Part shown: positions 48,031 to 61,500 of the stretch, piece after piece
Layout of the letters: every line of letters begins with the position of its first letter
Numbering within the stretch: position 1 is the first letter of the stretch
DNA from: Hemiscyllium ocellatum
Taxonomy: Eukaryota
Direction: 5' to 3'
Length of the DNA: 64,000 bases
NCBI RefSeq assembly: GCF_020745735.1
Contig: NC_083446.1
Span: forward strand, 16,346,068 to 16,410,067
Made by a program: the position numbers and the translations under genes
The notes under the pieces: model-generated
The model's input: the letters and a program-made list of their open reading frames with translations, nothing else
The model's database searches: none
Told to the model about the DNA's origin: nothing

Positions 48031-49041
48031 ATAATACTCCATATTTCCCTCTTTCAAAATAAACAACTCATATTTTTTCCTCAAAACGCCAACTTTCCAA
48101 CTAACCCATCCGGCTTTCTCTCCAGACAGTTTGTGACACATCAACAATTTGTCTCTCCACCTACTTTTGTGACACCTGCAAGTTTAGCTGCAGCGTATTC
48201 ACATCCTTCTACAAAAGTTATTCCTATATATCTTGGTAACAGCAGTGATCCAGAAGTAATTATTATGGAGGACCAAAGTTTGCAAATTTCCAATATAAAA
48301 AAGAACCACTTATCCGCATTCTTCTTTCTTTTAATTTCCTGTCCAATGAGCAGTTCCCTGTTCACGCCTCAATACTAGCACTAACACCATCCACCATCTG
48401 AAAAGGTCAATAAATGGCAATTAAGTACGAATAACAAGTGGCATCCTTAAAATGACGTGCACATACTATGAAGGAAAACAAAGATTTTTTTGCAGTCACA
48501 TGAATGTAATAAAAAAATGCTGCACTGAGCTTCTGCATTAGGATTTTCGCACATGCATAAAATTCATTCACGGGATGAGGGCACCATTGTTTGATAATAT
48601 TTAATTTGGGACTCAACGTCTCGTGTAAAACACAAAACAAGCAGCTAATTTAGATAAGAAGAGGCATTGCTGTTGCTGTTCCATCCAAGAATATCTGAGT
48701 TGTTGGTGGCACTGCTAAACGTAGGTAACAAAGCAGTCCTGCCACTCACGCGCATTACCTATCCAGGCGAAGGATGGCTCTGTGATTAACATCCTTACTT
48801 AATTCTCATTCTAAGAAAGACAATAGGAATAACTTCATCGATATTCAGTTTTGGAATATGCTCATCGATAAGGATATAATGTGAAATATGACCATAAGAC
48901 ACATGAACCGAAATTAGGCAATTCAACCCATCGAATCTGTTAACATTCAATCATTGTTGTTACATTTCTTAGCCCCATTCTGCCGCTTTCTATCCATAAC
49001 ATTTCACCCCCTTGGTATGAAAGAACCTACATTTCTTAGTC

Positions 49042-49688
49042 TGTTATGGACTAGGGTAGCCCATTCAAAGCATTTTAGGCAGGCAGCCCATACTATAACT
49101 TTGGTACTTCTTTCACTAAGTGTACAATGAAAATTACCCAGAGTAATTTTGTTTCATAGACTACTAGACTTTAAAACATACAAAAATTCTCCACAAAATT
49201 ATGGAATGCAACACAAAGAACAAAATACTGAATATCCACGGAAATCAATCTATCCAAAGTAGAATTAATTATGCTGCTCCGAAAAATACGTGCAACAGTC
49301 CCAATTTTAAAAAAAACTCCTTAAACACACAGTAAAAATGAAACACAGGCTTATCAGGTCGACGTTAGAAAGGGGGAAGGAGAGAGAGAGTTTTCCAACC
49401 TTTTTTCCACACAGCCTCTGCTGCAACTGACCAAACCATAATTCAGCTTCCAGGACTGCCCACTCCCATTTAATTATACACATTACTTCTAAATTATAAA
49501 CGCTTTGGTCTAAAGTTTCATTCATTTACGTATAAACAAAAACGCCTCCCATTACTCATTTCATCTCTGTACCACTTCAGCCTATTCGGTTTCTGAGCGA
49601 TTTTTACGACCCCTTTGAAAAATTCAAGGACACGGCATTCTTGAGAAAAAGGATAGCTTTTTCTTAAACAAGGACGGGCTTTGTGACA
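49042..49688 (-). repeat. LTR A (TG...CA), preceded on minus by the PPT taaggggggagg
   Basis: Starts tgttat at 49042, ends gtgaca at 49688; homologous to ~51590-52108. Confidence 0.8.
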
Positions 49689-51589
49689 CCTCCCCCCTTA
49701 AAAATGAACTAGCAATATCCAAAGATAGTCTCATTTTTAAAACGCCTCAAAAAAAATGTTTAGTAGCATAAAACACACGTATACACTACATCGATTATAC
49801 ACATGCAAACATGCACAACCACATGCGAATTCGGCTGTGGCACACCCACCACTGAACGCCTCTGAATCTGATGTGAGTCTCGACAACGAGTCTGCAATCA
49901 TGGTTTTGCAGTCTGCCACATGCACAATTGTCAAACTGAATGTCTGCAATAAAAAGTTCCATCGAAACAATCTGGCATTTTTGTCCTTAACGCTTTCACA
50001 AATGTCAATATATGCGATTGTCTCAGATGCTATGCTGGCAATATAAACACTGAAATATTGCAATGCCAAAACCAAGATCATAGTCTCTTTCTCAACTGTT
50101 GAATAATTCCATTAATGAACGTTTACATTCCTGAGCAAAAATAGGCGATGAGTCTTTCTATTCCCTCGTCATCCTCCTGCAGTGGCACCACACTGACACC
50201 CACATCACGGGCATTGAAAGCCACCTTGAAAGGCTTCGTGTTATCAGGTGTGACCAACACTGGGGCAGTGGTTAACACACTTTTTTAGGCTGTCGAACAT
50301 CTTCTGACAGTCCGCTGTCCACTGAAATTTCTTGCTATTTTTAACAATGCAGTGAGTGGAGGATTCATACTGTTAAAATTCTGCATAAATTTCCACTCAA
50401 TCCCAGGAACTGTAATACTGCTCTTCATGGAGAGTATGGGAAATTCCACAATTACTTTCGATTTCTTCCTGTGGAACCAGTTGTCCGTGTCCAATAACAT
50501 GGCCCGGGAAGGTGACTTGGGTTTTGCCAAATTCACTTTTAGCCAGTCTTACCATCAAGCTTGCCTTCCGCAGTCGATTTAACAAGTCCTAGAGGTGTTG
50601 TAAATGTTCCGTCCATGACTGACTAAAAATCACCAGGTCATCGATGTACATGACACAGTTGAGTAATCTGGCAATGACCGTTTTAGTTAGTCTTTGAAAT
50701 GTGACTGGGCGTTATTCATACCAAGTGGCATGCATTTCAATGGATAAAGTCAATTTTGCGTTCTAAAGCCAAAATTACCTTTGCTCTTCCTGACAAATGT
50801 CAGCTCGCAGCCTCGGAGCAAGTCCAAATTAGAAACGTAAGCTACTTGTCTCACCTTTTCGACGCAGTCTTCCAGCTATGGAAGTGAATATGCTTCAGTC
50901 TTTGTACTAGCACTCACATTGCAATAATCCACACATAACCATTGGGTAACATTTCGCTCTGGCACTATGACTACTGGTGAGCTCCAGTCATGGTAACTCA
51001 TTTCGATTATGCCATCTTGGAGAACACATTCTATATCTTTCCGAACCTTGCCAACTTCGGAGGGATGTTGCTAATCGGAATCGCATCTCCTATACCTACA
51101 ACATGCACAATGAGGTTGGTACTTCCCAGTTTATTTCTTTATATCTCCCCAAGCTATACTAATAACTGTTTCACTTAATTTCGATTTTCTTATGGAAAGT
51201 ACTGAATATTTTATCCAAATTTTTGACAACTTCCTCATTTTTCAATTTGATTTGAGGGACGTCCAATTCAGAATCTTTTGAACTTGGTTCTTCCTTCTGG
51301 GTTGCAATCATTAAAAACTTATCCTCCAGTTTTCCTTCGCTGTCAAAGCATCTTTTGAGCATATTCACATGACATATTCTGTGAGATTTCTTCTTGTATC
51401 GAGTCCCTAGTTCACCTCACTCAGTTTCTTCACAAGTTGATAAGGTCCACTAAACTTGCTTTAAAGGTTCAGCAATTATTTGAAGTAACGCCAATACCTT
51501 ATCTGAAATGGCGAAATTGAGAATTTTTGATTTCTTGGACGCTTCCTGTTTCATTGTATACCGCGATAATTTTAAATGCTGCCTAGCCA

Positions 51590-52108
51590 ACTCCCCTTTA
51601 AAACAGACAAAAATTTATTCAGAAAATTATGCAGTCAAACACAAAGAACAAATATTGAATAAGCACAGCACTCCGTCTATCCAAACTAGACGTAATTATG
51701 CTATTCTGACAAATGTGTACAACAGTCCCAATAGACAACACCCTTAAACACAGAATGAAAATGAAACAGGCTTACAGGTCGAAGTTAAAAGGACAGAAGG
51801 CGAGAGGGAGGTTTCCAGCCTTCTTTCATACAGTTTCCACTGCAACTGACTAAACTAGAATTCAGCTTCCAGGACTGACCACACACCTTTAATTATACAA
51901 GTTACTTTTAAAACATAAAAGCTTTGGCCTAAAGTGTCATCTATTTGCGTATAAATTAAAGAACCTCCCAATACCCTTTCATCTCTGTCACACTTCAGCC
52001 GATTTGGAACCTGGGCCATTTGCGTGACCTCTCTGAAAAAATGATGGACACGGTATCCTTGAGAAAAGGAACAGGTTTTTTTTCTTAAAAAGCTACAGCT
52101 TTGTGACA
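51590..52108 (-). repeat. LTR B (partial, diverged), also preceded on minus by a PPT, taaggagggaag
   Basis: Collinear with ~49170-49688 (cacaaagaacaaa, aattcagcttccaggactg, gctttgtgaca) with many substitutions. Confidence 0.75.
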
Positions 52109-52119
52109 CTTCCCTCCTT

Positions 52120-55100
52120 AAACACACTCAATGGCCGGGCTTTCAAAACCTTCTGTGCAGTAAATTCCATAGCTTCGACACTCTCCGTTTCTCAGTAGTA
52201 TAAGAACTTCTCTTTCCTCTGAGGCTCTGCCTCTGGTGCGAGTCTGTACTAACAATAGAAACATTTTCCAAAAGTCTACACTCTCGAAGCCATTCAGTAT
52301 TCTGCATGTTTTAATTATATCGCCCCTCATCCTTCTAAACTCCATCAAGTATACACCTAGAGTGCTGAAGCCTTCCTCATTGGTTTTCATAAGTTTCTCA
52401 TTATTGGGACTATTCTTCTGAAACTCTTTAAACACGCTCCAGGTTAAATGCATCTTTTCTGAGAAATGATGTCTTAAAACTGCGCAAAATCCTCCAAATG
52501 TCGTCGAACAGAGCCTCAGAAGAGCAATCTCTTAAAATAAATGCCATGATTCCATTTGCCGTTGCAACTACTGACTCAATGTGTAAGTAGATCTTGAGTG
52601 ATTCCTGAACTAAAACTCCCAAGTGTCTATGCACTTCAAATTTCTGAATTTTCTTCCAATATAAAAAATAGTCCATGCCTCTATTCTTCCTTCCAACGTG
52701 CATATCCTCGCACTTCCCACGTTTATTGCATCTGCCACCATTGTCCCCTCTCCTAAACTATTCATATCCTTCTGTAGCCTCCTGCACGCTACCTGACTCT
52801 AGCTATGTTTGTAACGTCTGCAAACTTAGCCAGAATGTCGTCACTTCCTTCATGTATATCATTGATGTATAACGTGAAAGATTGTGGTCCCAACACTGAG
52901 CCTTTTGGAACACAACTTGTCACCAGCTGCCATCCAGAGAAGTACACTTTTATCCACACTCTCTGCTTTCTACCAGACATCATGATTCTAAATGTGTTAG
53001 TACCTCTTCTCTGAGACCATGGGCTCTTATCTTACACAGTAGCCCCTGTGTGCATCCTTGTCAAAGGCCTTATTGACATCCAAGTAGATAGACGTCCAAG
53101 GCTCATTTTGGTCTAACCTACTTGTCATTTCCTCAAAGATTTCCAGCAGATTTGTCAGGCTTTGCGTCCCCTTGTTGAAACCATGCTGACTTTGCCATAT
53201 ATTATCGTATGCTTCCACGTTTTTATAAATTTATCCTTCACAATCCTTTACCCATGACAGATATTAGGCTAATTGGTCTGCAATTTTCCATTTTTGCCTT
53301 ACTCCCTACGTAAACAGTGGTGCCACGTAAGCGATTTTCCAGTTCTCTGGAACCATCCCTGATTCTAGTGATTTCTGAAAGATCAAGATTAACTCCTCCA
53401 CTATCTCTTCAGATATCTCCTTTAGAATTACGGATTGCAGTCCATCCGGTCCAGTGATGTGTCCACTTTCAGGCCGTTCAGTTTAACTAGCATCTTCTCC
53501 TTGGTGATGACCATCATGCTTTGTCCCCTCATTCCCTTGATTTTTTGAGAATGTACTCCTGTCTTCCACCGTGAGGACTGCCTCAAAGTAATTATTTAAT
53601 TGCTCACCTATTCCTTTTTTCCACACTACTATCTCTCCAATGCCATTTTCCAGCAGCTCAATGTCTACTTTAGCCTGCCTTTTGCCCTTTATATATCCAA
53701 GAAACTTTTACGGTCTCCTTTATGTTACTGGCTAACTTAGTAGCATATTTAACCTTCACACTTCTTATTTATTTTTCTTTTTGTTGTCATTTGTTGGTCT
53801 TTGTAAGCTTCACAATACCTTGGTTTCCCACTGCACATGGCCACTTTAGAGGCCTTCCCTTTTGCTTTTATGTTATCCTGACTTCCCTTGTCAGACATAG
53901 GTGCCTCATCGTCGCTGTACAATGCTGTATTTCGACTTTGATATCTAATATATATCAGCTTCCATTGAGAGCATCATCTTCCAAGTATCTCATTTTGATA
54001 TTTGAAGAAAGTTATCACCTGCCTTTCTCTCACTCTCTCTAATACATTATTTTGCTAATTTTTGCCAGAGCAAGAAGGGGATCAGTTAGCGCAGTTGGCT
54101 GTTTTGCGTGACGTTAACATCACGAGTTCAATTCTTGTATCAGCCAGGTTATATTCATGCCCACATCTTTTCACGGAAGTGCTATCCCCTCCAGGTAGAA
54201 CATTTCACCTGTCTACAATGTGTCGCCTTTTTTCAGCACATTACCTATTCTTTGAGAACTGCCATCATGATATTGACCACACTGTTATTTGCACTCTGAA
54301 CTTGCTGCATTCCATTCCTGCAGGGTTAATCCCGACCATCTTATCAAACTGCAGAAAAGCACAATGTTTTTTTTCATTTGGCGTGCTGATCTTTACCTGG
54401 CAGAGGCAGAGTGCGAACTTCTAAGCCCTTCTTCCTATCTCTCCATGGCTCATGACCTCGCCATTCAAAAGCAAGCTACAGTTTCCTGCACGTGTACAGT
54501 TCTCACTTCTTCCAAAATGTCCCCTCCACAGCTTGCTACCTGATTATCCATCAAACCCGTTCTGCCATCATTTATTGCCTTTCCAATATCTTCAGAATCA
54601 ATGCCCTGGAAAACATATCGTTCCATTCCATTTCCTCACTTAAAATGTATTTCTTCTTATCGAGACACTATTCCTACCTGCCTTGACCAATCGTTTTTCT
54701 CTTCTGTACATCATTCTTCTGATGCTTTACATTGGTTCCACATTTTCAGTTTCCTGATTCCTGTTGCCTTTTTTTCAGCATGGATGCGCAATCCCTCACC
54801 TATACATCCCCCATAAGGACGATGTGAAGTTTTCCCCTTGTTCCTTGTAACGAACTTTACGAGGCAGATGCTGAGCATGATCTTCTATTCCTTCCACCCA
54901 TCACTACTCTTCTTCACCCGACTGAATGTTTTCTCACTTTGAACAACTTCTTTTTTATTTATCAATTCTTTTTCCAGTCAAAGATATTGCCATCTGAGGC
55001 AACCCTATTTCTATGTTTTTTTTGCAGAACATTCGATGCTTGAGTTGTATTCAGGTCTGCATTCACAATTATTTTGCCAATTCTTTGATGCTGTATTTGA

Positions 55101-55400
55101 TGCTGCTTCTATTTCTCGTCCAGAATTGGAACAAAAGTCATCAATGTTGCTTCCAATATCAATATTCCTCTCACCGTATCCTGGCTGATCTCTGACTCTT
55201 CAGTTCTCTTCCTTGACTTAATTGTTTCCTTTTCTGAACAATTCCATCTACCAAAATCACTTCTCGGATAAACGACTTCTAAAGGTAGCTGGAATGCACT
55301 TTTTCAAAACCTGCTTCCTGCAAAGAATACATTCAACTCTCCCAGATTCTTTGTTTCCGTTATATCTGTTCTGATTATCCCAGCCTCCAGTGAGCTATCT
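52120..55400 (-). mobile_element. Long decayed CR1 LINE
   Basis: ORFs give WQSQHGFNKGTQSLTNLLEIFEEMTSRLD, LVTSCVPKGSVLGPQSFTLYINDIHEG..KFAD, with endonuclease-region DNA toward 55400. Confidence 0.85.
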
Positions 55401-55679
55401 ATGACAAATGCCTCTTTTTTTTCTCGTCTCTACGGTAAAATCTTACAAAACAGTGTGGCTAAAGCCAGATAAATCCCCTGTCCCAGATTGCTAGCATACT
55501 ATGATTATAAACATAGTAGCTACAGAGATAGTAAATGTTTTGCATTCATTTTTCCAAGAATCCTTTCTTCTGGAAACACGCGGTAAATTTGGAATATGGG
55601 CAATATGACAACCCTATTCAATAGGTGTGAGAGACAAAAAGCATGGAACCTGAAGCTCATAAATTAAACATGTACTATT

Positions 55680-56700
55680 GGAAAAATGCTGGTATCAATT
55701 ATCAAAGAATTAATTGGAACACATGTGGAAAATTATGCGTAAATTAAGCACAGGTAGCATAGCTTTCTGAAGACAAATCATGTCTGCCTAATTTATTGGA
55801 GTTTCTTGAAGAAGCCTCAACCAGAGTACACAAAGGGAAATCAATAGATGTGTTGTATTTGGAATTCATGAAGGCATTTAATGCAGGAATTGACAAACGG
55901 TAAGTTGATAAGATAACAGCCATGATGTTGGAGCTCATATCTTTGTGTGGATAGGGAATTGACTGATAGGTAAGAAAGAGCAAGTAAGAATACTGGGGTT
56001 TTCAGGTTAGAGAACTACAACCAGTAACATTCCACGGAGATCAGTGCAGTAATTACAATAGTGTACAATACATATATTAATGACTTCCAGGAAGCAAGTA
56101 GATGTGCTGTAGCCAAAAAAAGAAATAACAGGTGGAAGGTCCAGCTGCCAGAGGGATAGAAATAGTTTGCAGAGACATATGAATAGTTCAAGTGAACAAA
56201 AATTTGGCAAATGAAAGATAATATACCAAAGTACGAAGTTGTTTATTTCAGAAGACACATAAACATGATGGAGAAATGCTGCAGACTGCTACAACGTTTG
56301 GGAGTATTTGTGCGTGGAAGACAGAAATTTAGCAGACATATGCAGAAGGTCATCAGGAAGTTCAGTTGACTGTTGGCCCTTAATTCACGTTGGTCGGAGA
56401 AAGAGTGGGGACATCTTAGTGGAGCTGTAAAGTTGTCTGGCGAGAATACACCTGAAATAATGTAAGCAGTTTTAGTGTCATTATTTGAATAAACATATCC
56501 TGTCATTGAAGGTGGTGCAGAGGAGATTCATTGAGAAAATCCCTGGTATGCAGAACGTTGCTTCTTTTTTTCTAAATAAATGATTATCTCATTGGAATAT
56601 ATAGGATTCTCAAGGGATTTTACAGGGTCAATTTTGGGAGGATGTTTCCACTCATGGAAGAGTCTAGGGGCAGAGGGCATAATATCAGAATATGGAAAAT
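55680..56700 (+). mobile_element. CR1 LINE RT/3' fragment
   Basis: catgtctgcctaatttattggagtttcttgaagaag, gatgtgttgtatttggaattcatgaaggcattt, plus 3' tail. Confidence 0.75.
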
Positions 56701-57179
56701 GGGAAAAGGATAGTAAAGTGGTTGCAAGGAATTTTGCATGAGCCATAATCCTATTAAATGTTGAAATGTGTTCAAGGTGTCGATGGGTCTACTCCTGCTC
56801 CTTTTTTTTTGAATTGCTGCCAGGCCTGCTCAGGTTTTCCAACTAATTCTTTTCTGGTTGCTTCAGCTCCCAGCACCATTCCTCTCCCACACACAGTAAC
56901 ATTTGTCCACCAACAGGACTTGCACTTTACATGCGCCAGCTTTAAAGGGGCGAGGCCCATCATCATCGGACAGGGGTATGAATGGAGTCTTCCAAACCAA
57001 TTGAAGAGAACGGGGGCGGGTGATTGTTTTAACAGGCCCCAGATACCTGATTGTTAAAAAGTGTTTTTAAAGTTTTCTAATTTTTTTCAAACTGGTTAGA
57101 AATATTATTCCAGATCTCTGTGAGGTTGAAATATTGGGAAACTTTCAAACGTTCGCAAAATGATGCTAAAATCTGAATA

Positions 57180-58510
57180 AAAATGTTTAAGTTACATTAC
57201 AATATTAAAAAAGACAGCAAAAACTTTTATTGGTACTTAGAAGTGAAGAAAATCGGTAAGATGAATGTTGATCCCTTGGAAGATGAAACTGGAGAGTTAA
57301 TAGTGGGAAATATGGAAATGGCAGAGACACTAAATCAATACTTTGTCTCTGTTTTCATAGTGGAGGACTAAAACAGCATTGCTATTTGAATGGGCAAGTC
57401 AGCGGCTATAAAAATGGCAGAACTCAGAGCAATCAATGTCGATGGGGAAAAAGTACTCACCAAACTATTGGTAAGAGCAGGTAAGTCCGCTTGTTCTGGT
57501 GGCATACATCCTAGGTTATTAAAGGAAATGGCGGTAGAGTTAGTGGATCCATTGGTTACAGCATTCCAAGGTTCCCTGGACATGGGAAAGGTTTCAGTTG
57601 GATGGAAAACTGCTCGGGTAATGCCCGTATTCAAATAGTGAGAGCAACAATGTGTAAGAAATTACAGTTTAATATCTGGTGTGGGAAAGTGTTACCATCA
57701 TTCATAATGGGAAACAATACCAGAAGGTTCGCAAATTCAAAACACAATCGATCACAGTCAGCATGCATTTATGAAAGGCAAATCACATTTGACTAATTTG
57801 CTGAGTTCTTCAAAGAGGTAACAAGTAAAGTGGATAATTGGGATCCTGTAGATGTAATATTTCTGGACTTCTGGAAGACATTTGATAAGGTACTGCACAA
57901 AGGTACATTTACAAGGTTAGATCATGTAGAATTAGGGGTAATTTATAAGCTTAGATAGGTGACTGACTGATGGACAGAAAAGAGAGAGTCGGGATTTTTT
58001 TCTGAATGGCAATTTTCTCAACGGTACTGGGTTCTACAGGGTTTGATGCTTAGACCCCAGCTATTTACAACGTATATTAATGACTTGGATACAGGGATAG
58101 AAGCTGAAATAGCCGAATTTGTGGATGAAACGAAAATAAGTGGGACAATAAATGCAATTAGGAAATGAAAAACCATAGACAATGGTATAGGTATGCTAGG
58201 AGAGTGGGAAAAAATGTGGCAGATGGAGTTTAACATGTAAGGTCATGCATTTTGTTATAAAAACGGGAAAGGAACCGATTATCTAATTGGGGAGAGACTT
58301 CTGGATGCACTGGTGTAGAGGGATCTGGGTGTCCTAGTTCATTTTATATAGAAATCTGGCATGCAGATACAACAGATAATTTTAAAAAAGATTGAATTTT
58401 TTGTTTTTATAGCTAAAGGAATCGAATATAAAGGTAAAGAAGTAGTATTTCAACTACACAATACATTGGTGAAACTGCACCTGAATATTGTGTGCAGTTT
58501 TAGTCCCCTT
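57180..58510 (+). mobile_element. CR1 LINE ORF2 fragment
   Basis: METAETLNQYFVSVF-like ORF (MEMAETLNQYFVSVF), GIHPRLLKEMAVELVDPL, HAFMKGKSHLT. Confidence 0.85.
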
Positions 58511-59544
58511 ATTTGAGGAAACAGCACTGTAAGATTGACTCTGAATTTGTCAGAGACGTTTACGGTTGTGTGACAGGGAAAGGATTCTCGTTCTTGCAAA
58601 TCAGGAACTCATACCTCATCTTGCTAAAGGAAAACAACAAGAATGAGCTTTGAAATTTTAAAAAGCTGTCAATTAAACTGCAACCCAGTTGGATTGAGAG
58701 AGCAACCTGCTGATTTGTAGATAGAGACGTTAGCAACTGTGTTATTGAGCTCAGACACAGTTAGGGCACACATAAGCAGCAATGGAAACATTCACACGAT
58801 CAACAACAGGTAAAGACTACCAACGTCACTACTTCACTTCAATCGTCCCCACTTTGTGAGGCATTCACTGGTAAACGAAACACATGTGTCCTCAGGTGTC
58901 TGCTTCAGGGTCGTCTCTTCTCTGCTGGAACTTTGCAACGTTTTATTCACAGTCACTGTGCTATTTCATGAGCCACTCCAGTGGAATGTATTTTCATACT
59001 TTGAGACATGATCTCTTCGAATCAGGACCCTGAACAAATTCAGCAAGAAACCTCTGGGCATTTCTAGCACAGAATAGGGAATGAGCCGAGTTGAATGACG
59101 CTTTTACTGTTGCTGCCCCTTCACTGCAGCACAGAGCCTCATAACGAGCACCAGTTAGCATCAACCTGTTCCGTATCTTCCAGCAGTTCAACTGCTGAAT
59201 AACATCCGATTATCACAGCTCTGTTTTCTTCACATTGAAACCCAGGGCGATAATACAAACTATTTCGAATCTTGGAGAGAGAAACATTGCTGCTGAAGAT
59301 ATTCATGACGTAAAGAATAGGCACAAGAGTGTGTACAAGTCAGGTCGCAAGAGTTACTGTCAGCATCACTGAGGTTCCCTGCTTAGGAATCAAAATTTGC
59401 ATCACCAAGACCTGAATAGAATTCTCAATCAGGAAATGAAAATTTATTTCTCTTCTTGTGAATTATTCGAAGGAAAACGAATTCCTGGTTGCACACAGAA
59501 CACACACCCTGAGCTGGCCAGAATCAGTCCAGTGATTGTTTGCA

Positions 59545-59790
59545 TCTATTGAGAAGAACAATGGTAGCAGATATTCTGGGAACCTATCACTGCAAATCTC
59601 CCTCCAAGGATCTCACCATTCTGAGTTGGAAATATTTCGATGTTCCTTCAGTGTTTCTATGTTTAAATCCTGGAACTCCCTCCCTACCAGTATCATGGCC
59701 GTACCTCTGTACTGAGGAATCCCAGGGTTCTGGAAAGTAAAGCACCATTTCCATCTCTTGGGTAATTAGGGATGGGCAGTGAGTAATATC
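59545..59790 (+). mobile_element. Deu-SINE / LINE-shared 3' tail
   Basis: ctcaccattctgagttggaaatat...aaatcctggaactccctccc...gggtaattagggatgggcag. Confidence 0.5.
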
Positions 59791-60699
59791 CCCCTATGTG
59801 GTGTCCATCTCCCAGGAAACCAATTTTAAAAGCTGCAGGTTCTAAGCGGAGACCTGCAAGTGGTTTCCTCTGGCTGCTCTGATTTCTTCATGCTGTTAAA
59901 AGATGTGTACGTTAGGTCGTGGTTAAATGAAGCATGAAAGAGCTGAAAGTGCTATAAGTCAGAGTCAAGAATTGAAATTACACAATCAGAGAATTTGGTG
60001 CTATATCTCTGATCAAACTTCCTCAGAACAGTTCTCAACTTGAAGCAGTAACTCTGATGCTGAGCTTTTCTAGCAATTTTTATTTTTGTCAGTTATTGGT
60101 AAATTGGTAAGCTCTTTGGCGGCTGGCTGCTGACTCAATGGGCCGAATGATCTTTGTCTCCACTGTATGGATTCTATCATCCCTGACTCAATTAATTTTA
60201 GCCTTTTTTCATCTTTTGGTTTTGAAGTTCCTCCTACAATGTGAATTGCAGAACAGCACACAATATTCTACCTGTAGCCGAATGAACAAGTGAAATAAGT
60301 TTAGGGTTTGGAAATTGTCCACTCCGATCTCATAACTATCCTTCCATTCTCGATGGGACATGTCACAAGAAGGACTGTGCTGTCTTAATCAGCGTAGGGA
60401 AGGACTCCACTCTCGGGGAGACAGAGTGCAAGTGACAATGCAAAAACGTGACTTGAGCAAGCTGCATCATATGTCGGTGTTGGAATGAAAGCAATTTGAT
60501 AGATTTCTTTCAAACTGAAGTATTTATGACATCTCTCCTCACTCAGTAATTTATCTGCACTTCACTCAATCTAGTCAATTGTATTACCTGTTCACAATAT
60601 GATATCTCTACACTGGAAAGAGGAAAACAGAGTGATCGTCAAATTTGAGAACACCTATGTTCTATCTGGAATAAAATGAATCCAAGCTCACAGATTCCT

Positions 60700-61010
60700 G
60701 TCACTTGAACATCCCACTGTGTTCCCATGCCACCATTTCAGTCTTGGGTCTGCTGCAGTTCTCCCACAAGGCACAGTGCAAGCTGGAAGAGCGACACCTC
60801 ATTTTCTACTGAGAAACCATGCAAGCTTCAGGACCCAACATCGAGTTCAATAATTTTAGAACCTGTCAGCCTTCTTCCACCTCTTTACCCACCCACACAT
60901 CCCAGCAATTCCATAGATGGATGGTTGGGCTCAAAACATTATCTCTTATTTCTCTCCACAGATGTACTATACCCACTGATTTTGTTCAGACATTTCTGCT
61001 CTTCTTCAGA
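60700..61010 (+). mobile_element. PLE 3' relic (GIY-YIG C-terminus plus decayed terminus)
   Basis: Frameshifted ISVLGLLQFSHKAQCKLEERHLIF and GPNIEFNNFR, followed by a ctctccacagatg terminus like the short repeats at 14.5 and 42.2 kb. Confidence 0.65.
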
Positions 61011-61019
61011 GAACTTTGT

Positions 61020-61500
61020 TCTGTCTGATCACCAGACTGCAGAAAGTTTGAGATTGCACGGAATGTGTTCAGAGGAGATTGACCAGAATGTTGCCTGAGC
61101 TGGACCATTTCCACTATGAAGATGGACGAACTAGGCTGGGGCTATTTATCTGAGAGGAACTGATTAACGTACAGATATTATGAAGAGGACAGATATGTGT
61201 GATAGGAATAAAAGTGTTGTGCGAAGTGTTATTAACCAGGGATATTGGATAAAAGCGAGAGACAGGAGATTTAGAGAACAGTTAGGAAGAATATTTTCCC
61301 CCAGAGACTGTCCTTTATCTGGAATTCAATATCTCAATGTGTGGTAAAGCTAAGAGTCATCACAACATTTCAGGAATATTTAACCGAACACTTGAAGTGT
61401 CAGAGCACACGTGGATAAGGGCAAAGGATTGTAAAGTGGGATGAGGATAAATAGATTCTGAATGGGAGACACGAATACAATGGGTCAATGGCAACTTCGT
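61020..61500 (+). mobile_element. CR1 LINE 3' fragment
   Basis: ttcagaggagattgaccagaatgttgcctgagctgg...ctaggctgggg, a CR1 ORF2 end. Confidence 0.65.

Larger units (their letters stand above)
49042..52108 (-). mobile_element. Gmr1-like (Ty3/Gypsy lineage, IN-RT-RH order) LTR retrotransposon, internally deleted and decayed
   Basis: Minus strand, in order: integrase C-terminus FSGPYQLVKKLSEVN / VNMLKR (~51465-51340); RT with WSSPVV and YIDD (50648-50637); RNase H ...NARLFRWNFLLQ...IADSLSRL; PPT; LTR. Confidence 0.85.

Noticed and set aside
48125-48180. Twice-repeated tttgtgacac as a third LTR end
   Set aside because: No PPT, and no extended similarity to LTR A or B that I could verify.
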